IMG/VR virus record: IMGVR_UViG_3300042341_001047 | Source of the DNA: a virus | DNA length: 64,000 nt | Direction: 5' to 3' (one strand) | Shown: positions 48,820-58,379 of the stretch, piece after piece | Layout of the letters: every line of letters starts with the position of its first letter | Position numbering within the stretch: the stretch's first letter is position 1 | Made by a program: the position numbers and the translations under genes | The notes under the pieces: generated by a model | The model's database searches: none | The model's input: only the letters and a program-made list of their open reading frames with translations | What the model was told of the DNA's origin: nothing

Positions 48820-50073
48820 ATGAAACACTTAAAATCTTACAACGAAGGATTCTTAGACTATTTTAAGAAAGATAGTAGTGATGACAAACTCACACTGGAT
48901 ATGATGCATCGTCTTGAAAAAGTTAAAGATAATAACCCATATGAAATTCATGATATAATGAAAGAAGATATGAGGTTACCTGCTTGGATGCAAAATGCAG
49001 CAAGTACTTCAGAAAATGGAGCTGGATCTGAATATTATAGTGTAATATACATTGTTAGATTTGATGATGTTGATGTATTAATATCAAATGATAGACATAA
49101 TCTAGTTAATGTTCAAACTGGAGCACCAGCAGGTCATAAGAAGTGTGTTAATAAGTGGAAATTATTTATTGGAAATAACACAGGTTTATGTGAAAGAATT
49201 AGATCTAAAGAATTATATCGTATAAAGTTATTTCACTTAATAGAGAAAATCTATAATGAAGATATAGAAAGAAAAAGAATTGATAGAATTCAAACTGAGA
49301 TTAACCCAGCGGCTGATTTATTAGAAGAAGGTCTTTTTGATTTCTTTTCTAAGAAGGAAACTGAAGATGATAAAATTGCTTCAGCATATATCAAAAGATT
49401 AAAGAAGGTTAGAGGTATTTGTCCTTATAAAATAACAAAAGACGATACTAGTAACGGAGATTCATACACAATAAATAAATGGGAAGTAGATTTTGAAGAC
49501 ACTCCTATTAAACTATGGTCTATAATATCTACTAGATCATCTGGATTTGATGAACAATCACAACAACTTTTACTTAGCAAAAAATTAGCAAAATATAGCA
49601 AATATGAGTTTTACGGACTAAATATTAAATGTGAAGGTGAACTTGAAAATTGTAAAGCAAGTGCTAAAGTGCTAAAAGAATTGGTTGAATTGGTAGAATC
49701 TGTATATGAAAATGATAAAGAAGCTAGAAGAATTGAACATATAAGAGTAAATATGAATGATGCTGCTGATTTAATTGGAGAATCCATATACGAAAGAGAA
49801 GTAGTATTCACTAATAAAAGAAACCCAAGATTAGTAATTGCAATTAAGAAGAATCCTGATGGTAGAATAACTGAAATTCAAAATGAAACCGGTATGAGAT
49901 TTCCTTTCTCAGTTGGTCAAATTCTAAATAGAACAGCTGAAGTTTGGGCTTGTAATAATAACTTCTTAATGGATGGTAAAGATACTTGTCCTGATAAAAA
50001 GATATTTGGTATTAAAACTAAAGATGTTCCACAAGGACACGAATGGAGACATATTTTCCCTCACAAATTTTAA
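48820..50073 (+). CDS. head-leader protein with tandem duplicated domain
   Basis: MKHLKSYNE start after TAATATATA at 48806; two EG(F/L)xDxF...AADL repeats. Confidence 0.65.
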   Translation: MKHLKSYNEGFLDYFKKDSSDDKLTLDMMHRLEKVKDNNPYEIHDIMKEDMRLPAWMQNAASTSENGAGSEYYSVIYIVRFDDVDVLISNDRHNLVNVQTGAPAGHKKCVNKWKLFIGNNTGLCERIRSKELYRIKLFHLIEKIYNEDIERKRIDRIQTEINPAADLLEEGLFDFFSKKETEDDKIASAYIKRLKKVRGICPYKITKDDTSNGDSYTINKWEVDFEDTPIKLWSIISTRSSGFDEQSQQLLLSKKLAKYSKYEFYGLNIKCEGELENCKASAKVLKELVELVESVYENDKEARRIEHIRVNMNDAADLIGESIYEREVVFTNKRNPRLVIAIKKNPDGRITEIQNETGMRFPFSVGQILNRTAEVWACNNNFLMDGKDTCPDKKIFGIKTKDVPQGHEWRHIFPHKF

Positions 50074-50083
50074 TATATAAACT

Positions 50084-50587
50084 ATGAAAAAAATAAAAGA
50101 TTTCAAATCATTCAATGAAGCACTAGCAGGTCATATGGGAGCGGTTCATTCAGCTACAAGGAATATGAAGTCAGCTTCTGGTGAAGAACCTTCTACTAAA
50201 TCAGATGAATTCTCACTACACATTTGTACCGATCCATTATATAAAAGGTTTGCTAACTATAACTACAAACTAAAAGATGTGGAAATTGAAAAAGTTGAGC
50301 CTAAAAAAGGATTTATGTCTAAATTATTTAGTGGTAGTTCATCTATTGATTTTACATTCACTAAAGTAAAAGACAACTCTGAAGCTTTTTTATCTTTAAA
50401 ATTAAAAGGAGATAAATTTGTTTTAGCCAATTCTTCAACAAGTGAGAACATTATGGCTACTATTCCGGATTTAGAACAAGCTAAAAAGTTTCTTAACTTT
50501 CTATTAGGACAATCCCAATGGAAAGATGAATTAACTAAGAATTTTGAAAATATAAAAGAATCGCTAACAATTGAATCTTTCAAATAA
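50084..50587 (+). CDS. putative head-targeted protein
   Basis: MKKIKDFKSFNE leader. Confidence 0.6.
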   Translation: MKKIKDFKSFNEALAGHMGAVHSATRNMKSASGEEPSTKSDEFSLHICTDPLYKRFANYNYKLKDVEIEKVEPKKGFMSKLFSGSSSIDFTFTKVKDNSEAFLSLKLKGDKFVLANSSTSENIMATIPDLEQAKKFLNFLLGQSQWKDELTKNFENIKESLTIESFK

Positions 50588-50596
50588 AAAATAAAA

Positions 50597-51028
50597 ATGA
50601 TTATGAAACACATAAGAAAATTCAATGAATCAATTGAAAACGAAGAAATCAATGAAAACGAAATAAATGAATTCTTAAATAATGGAGTTAGAATTAATGT
50701 ATTTTTAACTGATTTACTTTATGATACAAATCTTATTTTACTTATGACCAATGGTGAGATATATGAAAGAAGAGCTGGTAATAAAAAATTCACTATTTAT
50801 TCATCAAAAGATGAATTCAAATCAAAAACTGGGGCTTCTTTAGATGATGAGTATGCTGGAAATGCTTCTCCTGCTTTAATCAATCTTTTTGGTGAGGTGG
50901 ATGATTATAGAGGTGGTTTAATTGAAATGGCTTATATTGATAGCCAATTTGATAATCCACTTTTAGATAGTATTCTAAAAAACTTTGAAAATATAAAAGA
51001 ATCATTAACAATTGAGTCTTTAAAATAA
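50597..51028 (+). CDS. putative head-targeted protein
   Basis: MKHIRKFNE leader; C-terminus shared with the previous gene. Confidence 0.6.
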   Translation: MIMKHIRKFNESIENEEINENEINEFLNNGVRINVFLTDLLYDTNLILLMTNGEIYERRAGNKKFTIYSSKDEFKSKTGASLDDEYAGNASPALINLFGEVDDYRGGLIEMAYIDSQFDNPLLDSILKNFENIKESLTIESLK

Positions 51029-51041
51029 ATAAATAAAAACT

Positions 51042-51665
51042 ATGATAAAGAAATTTAACCAATTTGTAAAAGAAAATGTTTCACTAAGTAATTCGGCAGC
51101 TAGAATATACATTGATAGTGATGAAGCCGAAATGTTTACTACTGAACCAGCTTTGCAAAAATTAGTATCAGATAGAAAAGTATCTCTACTACCACCAGAA
51201 CTTTATTTTGAAGCAGAAGATAAAAGTACAATTGAGATACTTAAAGGATATTTTCCAGATGTTGATTTTGAGGATGATTTTGAGGATGAACATTATAGTG
51301 GTGACGATGAGGACGAGGATGATTCAGATGGATTTGACGATGATGACTACGAAATGAGTAATGAAGAAATTAACTTAAAAGGCCTTGCTGCTGGAGCAAT
51401 GATGGCTTTAATGACTGCTTGTCATAATGGTGAAATAAATGGTGAGCCATATGAAGGATATACTGGCGATATGTTAGTAAAAAAGATTGAAATGGGTGGA
51501 GGTAAATACAACCACTTTCTTGTACACGGACTTGATGAAGATGGTAAATATGTTGAATTTAGAACAGATAATCTAACTTTTAATGTAGGAGATTCTATTC
51601 ATGTTGACTTCTCAAAAGAAGAAGCTTATCCACTAGATGATAAAGAAAATATAGGAAAATTCTAA
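51042..51665 (+). CDS. head-leader protein with acidic linker and internal lipoprotein-signal-like segment
   Basis: MIKKFNQFVKE; NEEINLKGLAAGAMMALMTAC. Confidence 0.6.
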   Translation: MIKKFNQFVKENVSLSNSAARIYIDSDEAEMFTTEPALQKLVSDRKVSLLPPELYFEAEDKSTIEILKGYFPDVDFEDDFEDEHYSGDDEDEDDSDGFDDDDYEMSNEEINLKGLAAGAMMALMTACHNGEINGEPYEGYTGDMLVKKIEMGGGKYNHFLVHGLDEDGKYVEFRTDNLTFNVGDSIHVDFSKEEAYPLDDKENIGKF

Positions 51666-51667
51666 AC

Positions 51668-51696
51668 AAAAAAGACCAGTTTAACTGGTCTTTTTT
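51668..51696. terminator. bidirectional intrinsic terminator
   Basis: aaaaaagaccagtt-t-aactggtctttttt. Confidence 0.8.
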
Positions 51697-52409
51697 GTTT
51701 TAATATAGTTTGATAAGTTCTCCCAAAGTATTTTATAAATATCATCAAATTGATTATACCTAATTCTAATTGAATCAATATAATTATCTTCACAATAATC
51801 TTTTTTTATTTTATCTACTTCTTTAATTAAATAATGTTCTTTACTTAAATACTCAATTGTAGTTCTTCTATTAGGTAAATAAAATTGAAATATATTATTA
51901 TCTAAGTTTTTATTTTCATCATATTCAATTTGATACTTATCTAAAAACTCTTTAATATCATTTATTCCTTCTTTATCACAATTATTGATCTTATCTCTTA
52001 ATAGACTTTCCTCGTTATTTCTAAATTCAGGAGCAAGGCCTAGTAAGTGTGAGCTAGACCTTTGTTCGTAAACAATACCATTATAAATTATCTTAATATT
52101 ATTAAGAGCACCAGTATATTCAGTTAAAGAGTAATCATATTTGTCTTTCCAAATATTTTTGGCTTCTAAAATAAAATCTTCAGTTGTCTTTCTTTTAATA
52201 GACTTCTCAGGACATCTACCCATCAAATGTTTAGAGATGGATTGAGTATAAATCTCACCATTATATTCAATTTCTATTCTATCATTTAAGGTAACCTTAT
52301 CTGATAAATTTAAATAATTGTATTTATAACCGTGTGTATTTCTAGCTTTTTCTAAAAATTCTAACCTTTTCATATAGTATATATAAAAATCTTTACCTCC
52401 TTTCAACAT
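51681..52409 (-). CDS. degenerate homing-endonuclease-like protein (DUF723-like repeats plus Vsr/PD-(D/E)xK-like C-terminus; likely start at MKRLEF)
   Basis: FLEKARNTHGYKYNY, TTEDFILEAK..W.DKYDYSLTEY, FYLP...IEY...HY...DKIKKDYC...IRIRY. Confidence 0.7.
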   Translation of the reverse strand: MLKGGKDFYIYYMKRLEFLEKARNTHGYKYNYLNLSDKVTLNDRIEIEYNGEIYTQSISKHLMGRCPEKSIKRKTTEDFILEAKNIWKDKYDYSLTEYTGALNNIKIIYNGIVYEQRSSSHLLGLAPEFRNNEESLLRDKINNCDKEGINDIKEFLDKYQIEYDENKNLDNNIFQFYLPNRRTTIEYLSKEHYLIKEVDKIKKDYCEDNYIDSIRIRYNQFDDIYKILWENLSNYIKTKKTS

Positions 52410-52477
52410 TTTTTTAATTTTTCTTGAAAGAGGGAGTAAGTTTCTTAATATATAAAGTATAAAAATAATTAATTAAA

Positions 52478-53716
52478 ATGGCAAAACAATCAGGTAAAGA
52501 AGTAAAAAGATTCGAATTTAGTAAGGTAGGAACTATATTAGATAATATAGCAAAATCAACTCCAATTTTAATCGAAAAAGAACTGAAAGAAAGAAATTAT
52601 ATTTCAACTGGAAATTATCTTTTAGATGCGGCTCTTTCTGCAAAATTAGTAGGAGGTGGTATTTTAGGAGGTAGAATATTCGGACTTTTAGGAGAATCTG
52701 GTGCAGGTAAGTCATTTATCGCTTACTCTATATGTAAATCAGCTCAAAGAAAGCAAGATTATAGTGTGATATACATTGATACTGAGAACTCAATAGATAT
52801 CGAAGGTATAGCTAAAATGGGCATTGATAACTCACCAGAAAAATTCAGATTAATTAGATCTAATAAAGTTGAAGATATAAATATTACATTAACACAACTA
52901 TTAGATGAATTAAAAAATCAAAAAATGGCAGGATATGAAATTCCAAAGATTCTAATAGTATTAGACTCTATTGGTATGATGTCTTCTAACAAAGAAAAAG
53001 CGGATTTACTAAAAGGTGATATGAAACAAGATATGACTAGAGCTAAACAATTAAATGCTCTTTTTAGAAGTATTAGTTCTGATCTTGGATATTTAGATAT
53101 CCCCATGGTATGCTGCAACCATACATACTTGACACAAGATTTATTTCCAAGAGAAATAAGTAAGGGTGGTATGGGTCTAGTTTATTCAGCTTCAGTTTTA
53201 GGTTTTCTATCTAAATCAAAATTGAAAACAGGAGATGAGGATGATATGGACTTAGGCCAATCAGGTATCTCGGTTCTTTTCAAAACTCAAAAGAACCGTT
53301 TAGCCAAACCTAAGAAAATTAGATTTGATATCTCTTTTCTAAATGGTTTAAATCCTTACACTGGATTAGATGCTTTCTGTCGTCCAGAATATTTTGAACA
53401 AATTGGTATCGCTAAAGGTAAAATGGATGTTGATAAGAAAACAGGCGAAATGACTTTCATCCCAGGTGGTATCAGATGGTATGTTAATCACTTAAATAAA
53501 TCAGTTACAACAAAACAATTATTTTCATCTGAGATATTTACTCAAGAAGTTCTTGAAAAAATGGCACCAATTGTAAATGATTATTTCAGATTTAGATCAT
53601 TGGATGAAATTGAAGATGTTGAAAAACAATTTAATAGTGTAATCGGAGAAGATGAAGACGAAGATGAATCAAATGGATTCACAGATGCCGCTGACGCAGA
53701 TGATATCTTTGGATAA
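52478..53716 (+). CDS. uvsX: UvsX/RecA-like recombinase
   Basis: ISTGNYLLD, GESGAGKS, YIDTE, VLDSIG, DMTRAK, NHTY. Confidence 0.92.
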   Translation: MAKQSGKEVKRFEFSKVGTILDNIAKSTPILIEKELKERNYISTGNYLLDAALSAKLVGGGILGGRIFGLLGESGAGKSFIAYSICKSAQRKQDYSVIYIDTENSIDIEGIAKMGIDNSPEKFRLIRSNKVEDINITLTQLLDELKNQKMAGYEIPKILIVLDSIGMMSSNKEKADLLKGDMKQDMTRAKQLNALFRSISSDLGYLDIPMVCCNHTYLTQDLFPREISKGGMGLVYSASVLGFLSKSKLKTGDEDDMDLGQSGISVLFKTQKNRLAKPKKIRFDISFLNGLNPYTGLDAFCRPEYFEQIGIAKGKMDVDKKTGEMTFIPGGIRWYVNHLNKSVTTKQLFSSEIFTQEVLEKMAPIVNDYFRFRSLDEIEDVEKQFNSVIGEDEDEDESNGFTDAADADDIFG

Positions 53717-53769
53717 TATTAAAAATAAAGTCGAAGAGTACTTAACTCTAAAAAATAAAATAAATTAAA

Positions 53770-53946
53770 ATGACAAAACAAGAAATCTACGAACAGTTAA
53801 AACAACTTTGGGAGCAATTCGAAGCTGGACACAATGGTACAACTAAAGTATCTGATTCAAGAGCTCGTAAAGCTTTAGGTGAAGTTAAGAAATTAATTAC
53901 TCCTTACAGAGCAGCTTCTACTGAAGAAGGTAAAGCAAAAAAATAA
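53770..53946 (+). CDS. unlisted 58-aa Hc1 (histone H1-like) family protein
   Basis: Manual translation MTKQEIYEQLKQLWEQFEAGHNGTTKVSDSRARKALGEVKKLITPYRAASTEEGKAKK. Confidence 0.7.
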   Translation: MTKQEIYEQLKQLWEQFEAGHNGTTKVSDSRARKALGEVKKLITPYRAASTEEGKAKK

Positions 53947-53962
53947 AACAAAATCAATTCCA

Positions 53963-54181
53963 ATGAAAAATATGATAAAATCGCTATTAGTGGAAAGAAA
54001 TGTGGAAAGTAAAAACTTTTCAGATGAAATATTATATAAAGTTGGAATGGACAATGTTAGAGATAACATTGAATTCTATCACGACAAAACATTCACTTGT
54101 GAGTCAGTGATAAAAGAATTGTTTATTAGAGGTATAATTAATTATATCGAGAAAAATAGGTTTCCTTATTTAGAAAAATAA
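53963..54181 (+). CDS. hypothetical protein
   Basis: 72 aa ORF following the Hc1-like gene. Confidence 0.5.
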   Translation: MKNMIKSLLVERNVESKNFSDEILYKVGMDNVRDNIEFYHDKTFTCESVIKELFIRGIINYIEKNRFPYLEK

Positions 54182-54217
54182 GGTGGTGGATGTTCGGAAG
54201 TGATTCGGGCCCAAAAG

Positions 54218-54252
54218 AAAACCCTCTGAATTAATTTTCAGAGGGTTTTTTT
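54218..54252. terminator. bidirectional intrinsic terminator
   Basis: aaaaccctctgaa-ttaatt-ttcagagggtttt. Confidence 0.8.
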
Positions 54253-54707
54253 GTTGACGTATAAATAGTTCTGTATATAGAAATACACCAATAAATAATA
54301 TTTAAACCACCATAGACTAAATATAAACTTAAATTCATTCCAAAAAGCTTAAATACTATATCTAAAATGATAAAAAAACAAACAGATATTAAAAAATACC
54401 TATTTAGTTTATCAAATTTTTGAGTGACTACAAATTTTTGAAATTTATACTTTATAATTAAGTAAGGATGTTGTAATAAAGATATTTTTCTATCTCTACT
54501 ACAAGGTATGCAGATTTTTGAATAATCCTCTGATTTCATCAATCTTTCGAAAGTTTCTTTTTCAGATAAGTTCAAATCATCTTTGCAATTATAGCATATT
54601 TTACCTTTTTTTATCTCCCAACTTAATGAGTTTCTTTTTTTCAAAATTAAAATTTGAAAAAAAACAAAAAATATGGGTAAAAAACAATATATGATTGAAA
54701 ACATCAT
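54231..54707 (-). CDS. membrane protein with CxxC pair and internal tag
   Basis: CYNC...CIPC-S-RDRKISLL; three hydrophobic segments. Confidence 0.6.
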   Translation of the reverse strand: MMFSIIYCFLPIFFVFFQILILKKRNSLSWEIKKGKICYNCKDDLNLSEKETFERLMKSEDYSKICIPCSRDRKISLLQHPYLIIKYKFQKFVVTQKFDKLNRYFLISVCFFIILDIVFKLFGMNLSLYLVYGGLNIIYWCISIYRTIYTSTKKPSEN

Positions 54708-55156
54708 CCTAAAATTAATTTTAAAAAATTATCTCTCTTATCCATCTTAGATAAAGACTTAACACACTCTGGCCCTAAACCATTTAAGATACTAGAAGGT
54801 ACAGTAAGTGTTCTACCACATTTACCACATTTACCCTCGTGCCAAGCTTCAATGAAGTCAGGTAGAGTATTTGTTTTTAGTTTATTAAGAACATACTCAA
54901 ATACTTTAACGGATTGAGCATCTTTAGAAATTGCTGATTTTTTACCATGTCTATAGATACCTTCAATACAAGTACCAATATAGGAATATGTTTCAGGACC
55001 CGTCAAAACACTAATAAAAAACATATTAGAGTCTTTGGCTTGTTTTACTTTGAATGTAAAACGATTTCCTGTTTTTGAGTTAAGTAATGTAACAAGTGAT
55101 TTACCTGCAAAGATAAATTTAAGTGCTTCTGAGTTATTTAATTTATGTCCTTCCAT
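54704..55156 (-). CDS. tagged protein with C-terminal Zn finger (CGKCGRTLTVPSSI..GLGPEC)
   Basis: Common phage domain plus KRDNFLKLIL. Confidence 0.7.
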   Translation of the reverse strand: MEGHKLNNSEALKFIFAGKSLVTLLNSKTGNRFTFKVKQAKDSNMFFISVLTGPETYSYIGTCIEGIYRHGKKSAISKDAQSVKVFEYVLNKLKTNTLPDFIEAWHEGKCGKCGRTLTVPSSILNGLGPECVKSLSKMDKRDNFLKLILG

Positions 55157-55221
55157 TTTGTAGTGATTTATAATACAAATATAAGGAAAATATCTTAATA
55201 GTCAAATATAATATATAAATT

Positions 55222-55623
55222 ATGATTAAAAGATTTCAACAATTTATAACTGAAAGATTCTCACTTCAAAATGATTTTGGAGTGACATATAGTGAATTGG
55301 ATGAGATAATGTATTATATTACTGATGAATTTCAAAATCTAGGATGGTCAGTTGAAGATTCATCACAATCATCTTTAATAGAACAAGATGATAATTGTTT
55401 TATAATTGAATTATATGATAAAACGATTGATTTCCCATCTGATATGCCAGTTCTTCATTATATTGAACCAAAAGTTTTCGAGTTAATATCAGATGTTAAT
55501 AGTCAATTAAAACAATATGAACTGGAAGTTTACACATCAGACTTTGGATCAACTGATGCTTATTATGAGTTAGTAATATCTAAAATAGACCACACACCTA
55601 AAGATAGACAAAGAGGTTGGTAG
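55222..55623 (+). CDS. putative head-targeted protein
   Basis: MIKRFQQFITE leader; TAATATATA at 55209. Confidence 0.6.
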   Translation: MIKRFQQFITERFSLQNDFGVTYSELDEIMYYITDEFQNLGWSVEDSSQSSLIEQDDNCFIIELYDKTIDFPSDMPVLHYIEPKVFELISDVNSQLKQYELEVYTSDFGSTDAYYELVISKIDHTPKDRQRGW

Positions 55624-55642
55624 ATTCTTACTATATAGAATT

Positions 55643-56365
55643 ATGAATATAGTAGCAGTCGATCCATCACTTATTTCAACAGCTCTTGTAGTTACATCAG
55701 GAGATACATTTAAGATTTATAATTATTGTAGAGAGTCATCTGCTTTTGGTAAAACAGGTATCAAAAAATGGTTCAAATTAGCTGAAGAGTTTGTAACTTA
55801 TAAGTTTATTGAATATAGAGAATTTGAAGATTACTCAGAAGGAGAACTAACAAAGTTAAAAGATTATGATAAAATAACAGATGATATCATAAAAGATATT
55901 TTAGATAATATAGATTCAACTAAACCAACTAAGATAGGAATCGAAGGTTATTCATTCTCATCAACTGCTGGTGATATTATTGACTTAGTTACATTCTCAA
56001 CTCTTTTAAGAAAGAAACTATTTGATGAAATATCAGAAGATATTACGGTTCTTTCTCCATCAACACTTAAATTAGAGTCTTGTAAATTGACTTATCCACC
56101 TATTATTAAAGAAATTGGAGGAAAGAAACCAAGACAAGAATTTATTTGGAGGAATTCAATTGGTGTTTCTGGTGGAAACTTTAAAAAACCAGAGATGTTC
56201 AAGTCTATTATTGATAATAATGATTTAAATGATTTTTGGGCAAAACATTGTAAGTTATCAAAATCAGATGTTTTATCTATTTCGGTTATACCAAAACCAT
56301 ATGAAGATGTTAATGACGCTTACTTAATCTATAAAGTATTAGAAAAACAAAACCCACTTAATTAG
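55643..56365 (+). CDS. RuvC-like Holliday junction resolvase
   Basis: VAVDPSL.STA, IGIEGYSF, SPSTLK, EDVNDAY. Confidence 0.8.
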   Translation: MNIVAVDPSLISTALVVTSGDTFKIYNYCRESSAFGKTGIKKWFKLAEEFVTYKFIEYREFEDYSEGELTKLKDYDKITDDIIKDILDNIDSTKPTKIGIEGYSFSSTAGDIIDLVTFSTLLRKKLFDEISEDITVLSPSTLKLESCKLTYPPIIKEIGGKKPRQEFIWRNSIGVSGGNFKKPEMFKSIIDNNDLNDFWAKHCKLSKSDVLSISVIPKPYEDVNDAYLIYKVLEKQNPLN

Positions 56366-56376
56366 GTGGGTTTTTT
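56349..56376. terminator. bidirectional intrinsic terminator
   Basis: aaaacccacttaattaggtgggtttttt. Confidence 0.7.
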
Positions 56377-56379
56377 AAT

Positions 56380-58371
56380 TTAACTTTCATATTGTTTAAT
56401 CTTATCTTCAAGATATTCAATTGTTTTCTTTTTAATTTCAGGTGATGTTTTTCTACTATGACTTAACCAAGTTAAAGCTGCTTTGAATCCACCTTTAACA
56501 CCTTTTTCTATCATTATATCAATGAAATCTAATCTACCATACTCTGCTGCCCATTTAACTGGCATGTTTCTACCAGAATCATCTGCTAATTTAGCACCAT
56601 ACTTAACAAGTAATTGGAATACATCTAAGTATCCTTCTCCAATATCATCAATATTTTTCCAACCACCTCTACAACATCTTCTTATTGGAAGTGAGTTGTC
56701 AAAGTTAGGATTTAATCCTTGTTTCAAACAATATTCAACAGCATTAACATCATTACAAATATTATTAAATACTTCTCCTGTTAATTCAGAACCATTAGAT
56801 ACCAATAATTTAATCATATCTAAGTCTTGAGCTTTATTAACAATAGCGTCTGCTTTACTTCTTAAGTTTGGAGAACCACCTAATTCTAAAATAACTTTAG
56901 CTTTCTCGTGATTGTTTTCTTCAACAGCATGTAAGAGAGCTACACAATTATCTTTATTGATATTAGCGCCATCTTCTTTAACATATTGTTTAATCTTTTC
57001 AATTGAAAGTCCTTTCTTAACTATTTCTCTTTCAGCAAGTTTTGCTCTTTCTCTTCTAGTGATTTCTTCTTGAGTCATTGGTTTAAGCTGAGCAAAAAGA
57101 TCTTCCTTAATATCATATTCACCTTCCCATTTTTTAAGAAGATTTTTAATTGAACTAAGAATATTAGCGTCGTCTTTAGCATGAGCCGCTCTTACTGATT
57201 GACCTGGTTGAATAGTAATACCAATAGTAGATAAGTTATCATATTGAGGAATATTAAAGTTATAAATATAATATTGTTTGTTATTATGGTTACCAACATA
57301 GTTTTCCCACTGAGAAGAATAATCTTTAATACAATGTCGTGTATGACCATTTAACATCTGATTAGCTTGAAAAGACTTAACTTCAATAATTAAGATACCA
57401 TTATCTTCAAATACGGTATCAGAACCTAAGTAACCATACTTCTCATTACAAGCATTAATCTTATCATAAAAAGCAATAATTGAATCATTTTCTGATGATT
57501 TCAAGTAGTTCTGAGCCGCTTTGATAAACTCTCTAATATTTTTATATCTGAAAAGAGGTCCGAAATATCTTTTATCACCTTTCTTATAAGCTTTACCATG
57601 AATAACTTGGTCAGCATCAATTATTCTAACCTCACCAAAGAATGATTTCCATAGTCTTTCTTTTTTAACTTCATCTTTACCACCTAATTGATCAAATCCT
57701 CTACAAACTTCAGCAAATTGGTCTTTAATAACTTCTGGTGAATCCATATAATCTTTTTTCAACACCGGAGTTAATTTATCAATTACTTTTTTAATTTTTT
57801 TATAATCCTCTAAACTATCTAATCCATCAATAAGTGCCTCTGCATTATTTGGAATATTTGGATCGATAAAATTAGCATCAAACTTTTTAGGAAGTCTATC
57901 AAGTAATCCAGAATATTCAACAAGTTTAGATAGAATGTTATTAGGTGCTTCAATTTCTTTACCATCAACTTCAATTTTCTCTACTCTTGTAAATAACTCT
58001 TCCATTGAAACCATCTCAACAAAAAAGAAATAAGTAAATGGATAAGTCCACCCTATGTGTTTTTGACCTAAATACTCTCTAATCTTTAAGAAGTCTGGAT
58101 TTCTCTCAATATTTCTTACTTCTTCATCTTTTAGTCTAAGTTCTCTTAACTTTAATTTGATCTCACTTTGTTGTTCTGGAGTAAAGTCACCTAAAGTCAA
58201 ACATCTTTTTTCTTTATGATCCAACTGAGCTTTTAACTCACCTTCAACAAATCCAAGGTTAGTAGCAGCAGTAGTTAACAAATAAGTATCTTTCAAGAAT
58301 TTTTTAGCCTTATCAAGATTTTCGTTTAATGGTTTCTCACCTAAAAATTGATTATATTTAAATAGTTTCAT
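56380..58371 (-). CDS. head-leader protein with PcfJ-like segment and C-terminal ankyrin repeats
   Basis: GHTRHCIK...QYYIYNF; GANIN, ALLHAVEENNHEKAKVILELGG, VKWAAEYGRLDFIDIMIEKG. Confidence 0.7.
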   Translation of the reverse strand: MKLFKYNQFLGEKPLNENLDKAKKFLKDTYLLTTAATNLGFVEGELKAQLDHKEKRCLTLGDFTPEQQSEIKLKLRELRLKDEEVRNIERNPDFLKIREYLGQKHIGWTYPFTYFFFVEMVSMEELFTRVEKIEVDGKEIEAPNNILSKLVEYSGLLDRLPKKFDANFIDPNIPNNAEALIDGLDSLEDYKKIKKVIDKLTPVLKKDYMDSPEVIKDQFAEVCRGFDQLGGKDEVKKERLWKSFFGEVRIIDADQVIHGKAYKKGDKRYFGPLFRYKNIREFIKAAQNYLKSSENDSIIAFYDKINACNEKYGYLGSDTVFEDNGILIIEVKSFQANQMLNGHTRHCIKDYSSQWENYVGNHNNKQYYIYNFNIPQYDNLSTIGITIQPGQSVRAAHAKDDANILSSIKNLLKKWEGEYDIKEDLFAQLKPMTQEEITRRERAKLAEREIVKKGLSIEKIKQYVKEDGANINKDNCVALLHAVEENNHEKAKVILELGGSPNLRSKADAIVNKAQDLDMIKLLVSNGSELTGEVFNNICNDVNAVEYCLKQGLNPNFDNSLPIRRCCRGGWKNIDDIGEGYLDVFQLLVKYGAKLADDSGRNMPVKWAAEYGRLDFIDIMIEKGVKGGFKAALTWLSHSRKTSPEIKKKTIEYLEDKIKQYES

Positions 58372-58379
58372 TTTAGTTA

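Noticed and set aside
54182-54212. GC-rich mini-hairpin after the 53963 ORF as an ncRNA or readthrough signal
   Set aside because: Weak stem with several G-U pairs and no recognisable family.
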